Below, one piece after another: positions 1-7,831 of a stretch of DNA of 11,824 nt (within the stretch, counting starts at the first letter, position 1; the number at the start of each line of letters is the position of its first letter). The translations under genes were made by a program, and so were the position numbers. This DNA is from Candidatus Heimdallarchaeota archaeon. Its GTDB lineage: Archaea; Asgardarchaeota; Heimdallarchaeia; Heimdallarchaeales; Heimdallarchaeaceae. Below the pieces are notes generated by a model. The model ran no database searches, was not told the origin of the DNA, and saw nothing but the letters and a program-made list of their open reading frames with translations. The stretch covers positions 1 to 11,824 of the forward strand of contig DXJF01000124.1 in NCBI GenBank assembly GCA_019057375.1, read 5' to 3'.

Positions 1-633
1 AACTTCTACAGGAATTGTATTAGTCTCATTCAGAAGATAAAGCATGACAGAGAGATAAGCAATGTTGTTGTTTAATGCTTCTTGAATAGAAATTTCTGAA
101 ACAGTTGAATTAAGAGCAATTTGAGCATCTCGAAGAGCTAGTAACATAGTTTCGAAATCAAAGAAGAACCTTTCCCCTTCTAAAATTCTTAAACTTATAT
201 CATATAAAACATGATAAGCATGTAAACATAAATCAGTAGTTATAAACTTAGGAATTTCTTTTTCATCATAAATTTGATAGATATCCTCATAACCTTCATC
301 GACAATCACAAAACCAAACGTTTCTAAGAATTCTTTCATTTGAGTTGTAACGGTTAAACCTTGTATGTCCACATTTCCCAAATTATTACTAATTTTTGTG
401 GGTTTTATATTGGGTGTAAATTCAATATGAAGAGGAGAATAAGAACCAAATGAAGTACTAACTGTTCCACTAATTTGGAAAGTAGATGCTGTCCCATCTA
501 TTAGAGGATTTGGATAAAAACCTATTTTTTCCCTTGGATTCATAATATAAGGTAGAGAAATCAAAAGACCTGTTATAACAAGAACACCACACAAACTAGT
601 ACTTGCAATTACTATGATTTTTTTACTGTACAT
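1..633 (-). CDS. DUF3160-like membrane-anchored protein (partial, runs off the left edge)
   Basis: Manual translation of the minus strand from ATG at 633 is open for 211 codons to base 1: MYSKKIIVIASTSLCGVLVITGLLISLPYIMN... It has an N-terminal hydrophobic anchor, then FGFVIV...YQIYDEKEIPKFITTDLCLHAYHVLYDISLRILE, resembling the DUF3160 motif GFV...P.FITTD..LH.YH..FD..LR..E. Absent from the ORF track because it has no stop in the window. Confidence 0.75.
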   Translation of the reverse strand, partial: MYSKKIIVIASTSLCGVLVITGLLISLPYIMNPREKIGFYPNPLIDGTASTFQISGTVSTSFGSYSPLHIEFTPNIKPTKISNNLGNVDIQGLTVTTQMKEFLETFGFVIVDEGYEDIYQIYDEKEIPKFITTDLCLHAYHVLYDISLRILEGERFFFDFETMLLALRDAQIALNSTVSEISIQEALNNNIAYLSVMLYLLNETNTIPVEV

Positions 634-745
634 AACTATTCATATCCCAGTATATTAGCTAAAGTATACTATTTGAAAAGTATTAACTATTCTTGTGTTA
701 GGTTTAACACAAAGTAAGAAAAATTCCTTGAAAACTGAAATTTAC

Positions 746-1573
746 TCAGTTTAAAGAGAGTTCTCCTAGATATTCAACTTCTATTTGATTATTTTCCAGA
801 ATTTGATGTATGAAAGTGATTATTTCTTCAAAAATTATATCAAAAAATCCAGTATTCAGAAGCAAATGACCACCATCCTTTACAAGAAATCCTTTCCTAA
901 TTTTTGAAGAAGCATTCTTAACAACATAAGTAGTAGCTTTCTTACTAGTTGTCAAGTCATTGACTCCATTAATGATTAAAACAGGCGTAACTAGTTTCTT
1001 AACTACCTTCTTCAAATGCTTGGATTGACGAACCGCATGTACCAAAACGCTCATTGGCATTCTATTCATATTTTCCATTTTCCATTCTAAATAATCGTTA
1101 TCAACTAACGATTTGTCGTAGTTACTTGGCAAAGAAAAAGGTATTGATTTAATTTTAATGAACCTATAAACAAATGAGAACAATCTTAACATCCACGAGA
1201 ATATTCCACCAGTGCTTATCCCAATATAAGCATCAGCTGTCGGATTACTAGTTTCAGCTACAAAAGTCATTCCTGCTCCTAAAGAGAAACCAAGAACAAT
1301 AAGCTTATCATATTCTTGCTTTTTTTGAAAAATTAGTTCCTTTCCCCATTCATAAAGTTCTGTGGGGTCATTTAGCTGAAGAAGATGGTCAAAAGACATT
1401 CCATGATAGGGTATTATTGGTACAAATACATCATATCCTCGTTTCGAAAACGATTCCGCTAGATGTTTCATCTCAAAAGGAGTACCAGATAGTCCATGAA
1501 AGATTAAAATACAAATAGGAGAATCATTATTAAGTTCCAAATTCTGCGCATATTTGTATTCCAATACTACCAC
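746..1573 (-). CDS. Alpha/beta-fold hydrolase (carboxylesterase/monoacylglycerol lipase-like)
   Basis: Oxyanion motif FHGLSG, nucleophile elbow GFSLG (Ser97, motif at nt 1277-1291), acid in GVNDL and His in GGHLL. The layout matches Est30/MGL-type esterases. GTG start is uncertain. Confidence 0.88.
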   Translation of the reverse strand: MVVLEYKYAQNLELNNDSPICILIFHGLSGTPFEMKHLAESFSKRGYDVFVPIIPYHGMSFDHLLQLNDPTELYEWGKELIFQKKQEYDKLIVLGFSLGAGMTFVAETSNPTADAYIGISTGGIFSWMLRLFSFVYRFIKIKSIPFSLPSNYDKSLVDNDYLEWKMENMNRMPMSVLVHAVRQSKHLKKVVKKLVTPVLIINGVNDLTTSKKATTYVVKNASSKIRKGFLVKDGGHLLLNTGFFDIIFEEIITFIHQILENNQIEVEYLGELSLN

Positions 1574-1677
1574 TTCTCAAATATTAGAGGAAATATAACT
1601 CTACAAGGTTATTATTTTTTTTGTTCCAAACATGTCTAGTTCATAAAGATTATTAATATGAACGATTTTCAACTCTT

Positions 1678-2655
1678 ATGTCATCAGACGATATGTTTCA
1701 TGGAGATCTTGGGATCATAGGTGGAGGAGTAGGCGGTATGGGCACAGCCATCATTGCTGCCTATAAAGGTCTTAAAGTGACTGTTTTTGAAGGAGGCAGG
1801 TTGGGTGGTATAGTTACTACACTTTATGGTCGAAAAATAGTTGAAAATTATCCAGGAGCCCCCAGTATTCTAGCAAAGAGATTAATTGATGAATTTGTTA
1901 TTCAAAGTCAAGAAGTGAACGCAGAAATTATTGATGAAAGAGTTATTAAAGTTGAGAAAAAGGATGATGTTCTTACTATTATAACAAATGAAAACCGCTA
2001 TAATTTCAGAAGTCTAGTTATTGCTACAGGTTCAAGACCCGCAGAATTAGGCGTTCCAGGAGAAAACAAGTTCAAACGAAAAGATAGAGGATTGTACAAC
2101 TTCGTTACAGATCCTAATCGCTTCAAAGGAAGTACTGTCATAGTTGTTGGTGGAGGAGATACAGCAATTGATGCTGTTAGAACTATAGCTGGCATTGCTA
2201 AAAAGATCTATCTATGTCATAGAAGAGATAGCTTCAGAGCAGCTGAAACAACAGTTCAGGAAATCGTAGACAACAATTTAGCAGAAATAATCTACTCACA
2301 TCAGTTAAAAGCTTTAGAGGGTGAAGAAAACTTAGAAAGAGCAGTACTTGAACAAGTTAAAACAAAAGAAGAAAAAGTTGTAGAAGTTGATAAATGTGTT
2401 CTAGCTGTTGGTCTAAAAACAAGCTTAGAGATTTTTGAAGACATTGGATTGGAAACAGATGGAAAATATATCCTTGTAGATAGAGAGATGAGAACAAATG
2501 TTCCAGGTGTTTTTGCCATAGGAGATATAGCTTCAAAATATCAATTAATTGTTATTGCAGTAGCTCAAGGAGCAGTTGCAGCTCATAATGCCTTTGGAAT
2601 GATAAGAAAACCCTACTGGTATAAAGATGAAGAATGGCCAACAGAGGTTTGCTAA
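1678..2655 (+). CDS. Thioredoxin-reductase-fold FAD/NAD(P)H oxidoreductase lacking CxxC (probable YumC-type ferredoxin-NADP+ reductase)
   Basis: FAD motif IIGGGVGG, IATGS, NADPH motifs GGGDTAID and HRRDSFRA, and C-terminal TNVPGVFAIGD. Where TrxR has GVSYCAxCDG this protein has GLYNFVTDP (nt 2089-2115), the pattern seen in TrxR-type FNRs. Confidence 0.85.
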   Translation: MSSDDMFHGDLGIIGGGVGGMGTAIIAAYKGLKVTVFEGGRLGGIVTTLYGRKIVENYPGAPSILAKRLIDEFVIQSQEVNAEIIDERVIKVEKKDDVLTIITNENRYNFRSLVIATGSRPAELGVPGENKFKRKDRGLYNFVTDPNRFKGSTVIVVGGGDTAIDAVRTIAGIAKKIYLCHRRDSFRAAETTVQEIVDNNLAEIIYSHQLKALEGEENLERAVLEQVKTKEEKVVEVDKCVLAVGLKTSLEIFEDIGLETDGKYILVDREMRTNVPGVFAIGDIASKYQLIVIAVAQGAVAAHNAFGMIRKPYWYKDEEWPTEVC

Positions 2656-2666
2656 ACTTCACTTCC

Positions 2667-2673
2667 TTTTTTT
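2667..2673 (+). terminator. Oligo-T archaeal-type terminator candidate for the oxidoreductase gene
   Basis: T7 run starting 12 nt after the TAA at 2653-2655. Confidence 0.4.
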
Positions 2674-2680
2674 ACATTTA

Positions 2681-2710
2681 TTTATATGTAAGTTCTTTTT
2701 TTAGAACTTA
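2681..2710 (+). promoter_or_regulatory. TATA box plus palindromic operator candidate upstream of the methyltransferase
   Basis: TTTATATG at 2681-2688 is followed immediately by the perfect inverted repeat TAAGTTCT-N6-AGAACTTA (2689-2696 / 2703-2710), which ends on the A of the ATG. Confidence 0.5.
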
Positions 2711-3276
2711 TGGATCTATTTTCTAGGATCGCTAAAAGCTATGATAAAATCATCCCTCCCTTTGACCTTAGTACCATTTTAGGTAGCATTACTTTAGTCG
2801 AAGACAAACCAATTTTAGATTTAGGTGGAGGTACAGGTAGAGTAGCTGTTATGTTTGAGTCTCATGTAAATGGGTGTATTCTTATAGATAGGTCTTTTGA
2901 AATGTTAAGTCAAGCTAAGAGGAAATCGGCAAGCATTATGCTTGTGCAAGGTGTAGGGGAAACTTTACCTTTTCGCAAAGATTCAATTCCCCAAATTTTT
3001 GCAAATGACACTTTACACCACATAAAAATGCAAAATGAAACAATTGAACAATGTTCTAAAATACTAAGCTCACAAGGTCTTTTGATAGTCAGAGAATTTG
3101 ATCCTAAGCATTGGAGAACATTCTTTATTATTCTATTTGAAAAAATTTTACTCTTTGGAAGCAAATTCCTTTCACCTCAAAGTCTTGAAGAAATGTGTAA
3201 GAAATATAATTTTACTGTAGAATGGGAGAGATTGACAAAATCAACCTATCTTCTTAAAGCTAAGAAAATTGCATAA
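2710..3276 (+). CDS. Class I SAM-dependent methyltransferase (Methyltransf_11 / UbiE-like)
   Basis: Motif I ILDLGGGTG, acidic motif LIDRSFEML, GVGETLPF, LHHI and post-II LLIVRE. Substrate cannot be inferred. Confidence 0.88.
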   Translation: MDLFSRIAKSYDKIIPPFDLSTILGSITLVEDKPILDLGGGTGRVAVMFESHVNGCILIDRSFEMLSQAKRKSASIMLVQGVGETLPFRKDSIPQIFANDTLHHIKMQNETIEQCSKILSSQGLLIVREFDPKHWRTFFIILFEKILLFGSKFLSPQSLEEMCKKYNFTVEWERLTKSTYLLKAKKIA

Positions 3277-3987
3277 TCACAAAACGAAGAATAAATAGAG
3301 CATTAGTGCAATAATACCTGGAAGTGTAGCATTATCAAGGAATTTGAAACTTAAAGCTTCAATAACTGCTCCGACTACACCGGTTACAAGAATTTTCCAC
3401 CATACTCCAGGTAACATAATCATTGAGTTAACTGCGAGAGAAATTGTAACGGCAATAACTGTTCCTGCAAAGACTGCAAGAGAACCCTCCAAACTTTTCT
3501 CTGAAAATATTTTATATTTAATTTTACCAAAAGGTCTCCCTATCATTTCTCCCAATCCATCTCCTAAGCTCATTGTTAGGTATGAAGCTGTAAAAACAAA
3601 CAAAAGATCTTGATCTTTAAAGAACCAAAGAAGGACTAAGAGTGTAATACCAGTAAATATTGAATTAAAAAACAACTCCCACGGATTAGTTTCCTCTCTT
3701 GAACACATCTTGAATATTCTCTGAAGATACTGAACTTGTGGTATAGCTGAAAGAATAAGGAAAAGTCCTAGAGCTAATAGTACTGACACATAAATATCAA
3801 ATAGATTATCGAAGAAATATGGAAAGAACGCTACAACTGCATGCAAAATTATATGCCCTATCTTTCTAATCTGCCACCTTTTAAATCCTAATACTTTAAG
3901 CAAGAAAATAGAGTTCACTGTTACAATAATAACTAGGAGAGCAACTAGGTCACGTATCCAATCTATTTGAGTGGTGTTAAACTCCAT
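3277..3987 (-). CDS. CTP-dependent polyprenol/dolichol/diacylglycerol kinase family membrane protein (SEC59/DGK1/VTE5-like)
   Basis: Multi-TM protein with RKIGHI near the N-terminus, the signature GDGLGEMIGRPFGK...KSLEGS, and C-terminal EALS...DNATLP. Confidence 0.87.
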   Translation of the reverse strand: MEFNTTQIDWIRDLVALLVIIVTVNSIFLLKVLGFKRWQIRKIGHIILHAVVAFFPYFFDNLFDIYVSVLLALGLFLILSAIPQVQYLQRIFKMCSREETNPWELFFNSIFTGITLLVLLWFFKDQDLLFVFTASYLTMSLGDGLGEMIGRPFGKIKYKIFSEKSLEGSLAVFAGTVIAVTISLAVNSMIMLPGVWWKILVTGVVGAVIEALSFKFLDNATLPGIIALMLYLFFVL

Positions 3988-4005
3988 TTCTTCACGCCAA
4001 CTGAT

Positions 4006-4551
4006 TCATTCTGGTTTACACAACAATTCTTTCATTTTCATGTGGAAAAAAGTATTAGAATGAGCTGGGGTTACAACCCATGCAGTATCAGCTCCTCTTC
4101 CAGTTCCTGCAATAACGATTACATCATTCATGGAAATGACACCAGCATCTGCTGCCATAACAACAATTTCTGCACAGACCTTAGTACCTTGACCAAATAT
4201 TCTTAGAGTTTCAGCCATAATTTCAGCGGTCAACCACGTACCATGTTTTTTCCTAACTGCTCTATCAACACCAGCTAAAGCATGAGTAGCAGTTACAACC
4301 TTTACATCTTTAGATTCAAGTTCTAAAATTGCTTCAACAGGAATTTCCATTTCACCAGGTTCTCGAAATCCAGCTTGATGAGTGACGGCTATTAACTTAA
4401 CTCCTGCAAAGGCCTTAACTGCTTTTAAAGCAGTTTTTCCTGAGGTTGTAGCGATAATAACTTGGTTAATATCCCCCTTTTCTAGTCGTTTGTTCACCAG
4501 AGCAAAGATTTCTGCAGAGTAATCACCTGGTCTGGGAAAATGAACGGTCAT
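4006..4551 (-). CDS. COG1751 / MTH1675-like pyruvate-kinase C-terminal-fold protein
   Basis: VIIATTSGKTA, AVTHQAGF, AETLRIFGQGTKVCAEIVVMAADAG and IAGTGRGADTA are the conserved blocks of this uncharacterised archaeal/anaerobe family. Confidence 0.88.
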   Translation of the reverse strand: MTVHFPRPGDYSAEIFALVNKRLEKGDINQVIIATTSGKTALKAVKAFAGVKLIAVTHQAGFREPGEMEIPVEAILELESKDVKVVTATHALAGVDRAVRKKHGTWLTAEIMAETLRIFGQGTKVCAEIVVMAADAGVISMNDVIVIAGTGRGADTAWVVTPAHSNTFFHMKMKELLCKPE

Positions 4552-4573
4552 ACAATAGGATAGGCGCTTGTAA

Positions 4574-4588
4574 TTTATAAAGTCTTTT
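4574..4588 (-). promoter_or_regulatory. BRE-TATA promoter of the COG1751 gene
   Basis: On the minus strand, AAAAGAC precedes TTTATAAA (4581-4574), with 22 nt between the box and the ATG at 4551. Confidence 0.6.
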
Positions 4589-4644
4589 TGTGATGTGATA
4601 TCTAGTTAATTGCCAATTTTTTTTTGTGAAATAGCATTTAGTTT

Positions 4645-4659
4645 GAAAATATTTATAGA
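4645..4659 (+). promoter_or_regulatory. BRE-TATA promoter of the 135-aa orphan
   Basis: GAAAATA precedes TTTATAGA (4652-4659), with 23 nt between the box and the ATG at 4683. Confidence 0.55.
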
Positions 4660-4682
4660 TGAGCAAGCAAATTTATTAAACA

Positions 4683-5090
4683 ATGAGTATAAGTTTTGAG
4701 CTTGATCAAGGAAAACTCAATGCGATTATGATTAATTCAAGAAAGATTATGCTCAATAAAGGACAGTTGGAGATTTTTGAAAAACTCCTTGAATGTGTTA
4801 TGAATGCTATGCCAAGCACGAATAGAACTGGAATTGAGGCGGTTTTAAAACAGACATGCAGAGAGTGGGAAAAAGAGAAAGTCCGTCCAATAAATGAATT
4901 CAGATTTATTCATGCAAATGAAAGAATGAAAGCTTTTGATGAGATTTTGATAAAACTCTTCTTAACACTAAAAGAAATAATGGTTTATTCTCTTAATGCA
5001 GAAACTGTAGCATTTCTTAGAAATGCGATTCTTACTAGCTATAAAGATTTTCTAGAAGCAGAAGGATATGTAGTTGATTACTCACCATAA
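4683..5090 (+). CDS. Hypothetical protein, 135 aa, predicted helical and soluble
   Basis: ATG-initiated ORF fills the gap between neighbours, has its own TATA box at the usual spacing and a host-like composition. No motif recognised. Confidence 0.7.
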   Translation: MSISFELDQGKLNAIMINSRKIMLNKGQLEIFEKLLECVMNAMPSTNRTGIEAVLKQTCREWEKEKVRPINEFRFIHANERMKAFDEILIKLFLTLKEIMVYSLNAETVAFLRNAILTSYKDFLEAEGYVVDYSP

Positions 5091-5158
5091 AAGAGAATCT
5101 CTCAAATTAGAGCAGATATGCACAATTTTTGTTAATAAGAAATATATACTAGTTAGAG

Positions 5159-7816
5159 ATGGTGCTTGAATATGGTATTATTATGAAGAAGAAATTCATT
5201 CTATTAATGCTTCTTTGTCTTTTATCTGTCCTTACCTTGAGTATTGTTACCACACAAATTCAAGCACAGACATCAATAGACGTTCTGGTAGTAGGCGAAG
5301 ACATCGAAGAAGCTCTACTTACAAGATTATCTCTGGATCCAATGTTTGTGATTACAGAGAGTGATACAATTGGATCTGACATTAGTGGTTATGATAGTAT
5401 TGTTATTCTAGATTATACTCCTACTACAGCAGAGATCAATTTGTTGGGAGCTTTTCCTGGTGGCATTGCGGTATTTATCTACACAAATCTCGCTTCCAAT
5501 GCTACATTGTTAACTTCTCTAGGATTAGCTTCAAGTATAAACGGAACAATTACTAGTGGGAATTATTCTTTACCTGTTCCGATATCTGAAACATTTGTTG
5601 GAGATCCTCATCCCATCATAGAAAACATTCAATGGAATTCTGTTCCTACTATTACGAACTATACTAATATCCAGCTTGAAGGAACTACACTTATTGAAAC
5701 TTCAGATATAAGTGATGATCCCAATCTAGCACTAATAACTACATCAGGAAATGACAAACATTTCGCATTAAATTTCTTCCCAAGTATGGATTTCAACAAA
5801 GAGTTAGTTGAATGGCCTTTTTTCAATTATATGTTATATTTAACTATGAAATCATCAATCGGAGATCCGGTCAAAAGTTATGCTAACTGGGATTATTCTC
5901 CAGTTCCTCATACAAAAGAAACTATAATTCTGGGAGTAGCTGTTCTATTGACAAGTATCGCTACAATAGTTGGTTTCATTTTTGCAAAGAAATATGCGAA
6001 GAAAAATCCAATTAAGAAAAGCGATCTACAAGAAATGAGTAAAGAAGAGGAGAAAGCTGAAGGATGGGAAGAAGTTGGTATGCATAGACAATTGGGTGGA
6101 TTTTTGGTGCAGTTATTTGCAGGACTTCTCATCATCCTACCAAATGTAGTTATGTCAGCATTAGTTTTTCCATTAATTATTCTTCCAAGTCCTCAAGCGG
6201 CAGGATTTTACGATTTTACAATTAGATTCTTTGAAGCGCTATGGTTATTCTTTGACTTAGGTACTTCCGTTATTCTTGTAAAGTTCTTCAGTGAACATAG
6301 AGTAAAACGACCTGAGCAAGCAATCAAATATGTACAATTGTTTGTTTGGTTCCAAATGCTGTCAGGGATTGCTCAATTATTCATAATTTCATTTATTGGT
6401 TCAATTGTATTCCCACACACATTCTTAGCTCATATGTCATGGCTTTTTGTTACACACGCATTTTTCCAATGGCCTGCGTTCTTTCTAGTATTTATGTATC
6501 TCTTCCAAGCAATGAACCGGATAGACATCTATCAAATATTGAATTTGCTACTCTATGCAGTCTTCAATATAACAATCCAATATGGAATTATTGTATTATT
6601 CAGATATACATTAGGAAGAAACCCAATGTTTGGTGATGGATTAGCGGGTGCTATTGGGTATAGTGTTGGATTCTATGTTATTCAAATTGTATCGTTTTTT
6701 GTTGGGTTGCTCTTCTTTAAGAAATTAGGATTCTCATTGAAAACGATCTTCAGAATTGATTTTACGAAGGCAGAAATTAAAGAGGCATTAAAATTTGGTG
6801 TGAAATGGATGATGGGAGCAATATTGCCACCTTTAGGCTGGTTTATTCAGTTGTTCCTATTATCAAAATTCTTACCAAATTACACGCAACAACAAGGTTT
6901 CTTCTCAATAGCTTGGAACTTTGCAATGATTGTAATGCTAGTAGGTCTTTTTGCTCAAGGTTTCTTACCTGCAATATCTGAATCCTACCATGCAAAGAAA
7001 CCAGTATTAACGAGATATTATACAGTCAGTTCTCTTAAATGGAGTGCGTACTTTGATTGGTATCTTGTCGCTGCCCTTGCGGCTATTGGATGGAGATTCA
7101 TAGCAGGTGGAGCAGGTGCTGAATGGGCAAGTGCTGGTACTTTAATCATCTGGTTCTTATTCTTTCACTCAATTGGATATTTCTCATGGCTAGGAGATTG
7201 GCTTTTCGCTGGGTCAGACAGACCAGGTTGGGCAGCTATAAGCTGGGTGATAGAACAAGTAATACGAGCTAGTTTACTGGCTGTATTTATACCTCTCAAT
7301 GGGTGGTTTGCAGCAACGTTTGGCTCTCCTATGATTGCTATTATGTTTGCTTACTTCCCTGCTTTAATTATTAAGAACATCTTTATGTGGTGGCAGATTA
7401 GGAGGAATGATTATTTCAAATTCAAATGGAAGGATCTTTATTGGCAAGGAATTATCGCTCCCTTGATTTCAGCTGCAATTCTATTTGGCATCCTTGAAGG
7501 ATTATTCCAATTAATTTGGCAAGGAGAAATCATCACTTCAGTTGTGATTTTGCTAATAGGAACAATATTTGGGTTGTATCTTTATGCTTTCATCGCAAGT
7601 TGGTTTGGAGCTTTTGATGACAACACGTTAGGAGAACTAAAGACGGCAACAGAAATGGTAAAAGGGTTCCGTTTCATGGCTAAACCTTTTTACAAAATTT
7701 CTGAATGGGCTTCAAAAATATCACCCTTCCATAATAGATTCCAAATATCAATTTTTAAAGAGGCTGCAACTGAAGCTGAACAACTCACAAAGGAAAAGGC
7801 ACAATTAGTCATCTAA
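5159..7816 (+). CDS. Secreted ectodomain fused to a MOP-superfamily (Wzx/MurJ/Rft1-like) flippase
   Basis: Signal-peptide-like MKKKFILLMLLCLLSVLTLSIVTTQIQA suggests the real start is ATG 5183. Then come an acidic ~220-aa domain, a TM helix (res ~255-276) followed by KKYAKK, and ~520 aa of multi-TM sequence with Wzx-like blocks (FFDLGTSVILVKFFSEH, EALKFGVKW, FLPAISESY). Confidence 0.75.
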   Translation: MVLEYGIIMKKKFILLMLLCLLSVLTLSIVTTQIQAQTSIDVLVVGEDIEEALLTRLSLDPMFVITESDTIGSDISGYDSIVILDYTPTTAEINLLGAFPGGIAVFIYTNLASNATLLTSLGLASSINGTITSGNYSLPVPISETFVGDPHPIIENIQWNSVPTITNYTNIQLEGTTLIETSDISDDPNLALITTSGNDKHFALNFFPSMDFNKELVEWPFFNYMLYLTMKSSIGDPVKSYANWDYSPVPHTKETIILGVAVLLTSIATIVGFIFAKKYAKKNPIKKSDLQEMSKEEEKAEGWEEVGMHRQLGGFLVQLFAGLLIILPNVVMSALVFPLIILPSPQAAGFYDFTIRFFEALWLFFDLGTSVILVKFFSEHRVKRPEQAIKYVQLFVWFQMLSGIAQLFIISFIGSIVFPHTFLAHMSWLFVTHAFFQWPAFFLVFMYLFQAMNRIDIYQILNLLLYAVFNITIQYGIIVLFRYTLGRNPMFGDGLAGAIGYSVGFYVIQIVSFFVGLLFFKKLGFSLKTIFRIDFTKAEIKEALKFGVKWMMGAILPPLGWFIQLFLLSKFLPNYTQQQGFFSIAWNFAMIVMLVGLFAQGFLPAISESYHAKKPVLTRYYTVSSLKWSAYFDWYLVAALAAIGWRFIAGGAGAEWASAGTLIIWFLFFHSIGYFSWLGDWLFAGSDRPGWAAISWVIEQVIRASLLAVFIPLNGWFAATFGSPMIAIMFAYFPALIIKNIFMWWQIRRNDYFKFKWKDLYWQGIIAPLISAAILFGILEGLFQLIWQGEIITSVVILLIGTIFGLYLYAFIASWFGAFDDNTLGELKTATEMVKGFRFMAKPFYKISEWASKISPFHNRFQISIFKEAATEAEQLTKEKAQLVI

Positions 7817-7821
7817 TAGCC

Positions 7822-7829
7822 TTTTTTTT
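7822..7829 (+). terminator. Oligo-T terminator candidate after the flippase fusion gene
   Basis: T8 run 6 nt after the stop at 7814-7816, within the 15-nt gap between convergent genes. Confidence 0.45.
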
Positions 7830-7831
7830 CT

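Noticed and set aside
1998-2519. Minus-strand ORFs 1998..2195 and 2301..2519
   Set aside because: Antisense shadows inside the well-supported oxidoreductase gene, with no motifs.
1678-2655. Calling this gene trxB (thioredoxin reductase)
   Set aside because: The redox-active CxxC is absent, so the symbol was withheld.
2910-4206. ORFs 2910..3164 (-), 3344..3613 (+) and 3967..4206 (+)
   Set aside because: They overlap recognised genes on the opposite strand and have no protein features.
5159-5182. ATG 5159 as the start of the flippase fusion
   Set aside because: Not excluded, but MKKK plus a hydrophobic core from ATG 5183 forms a more typical signal peptide. Promoter spacing here is ambiguous.
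5908-6636. ORFs 5908..6135 (-) and 6346..6636 (+, alternate frame)
   Set aside because: Both are nested within the flippase fusion gene and look like chance frames.
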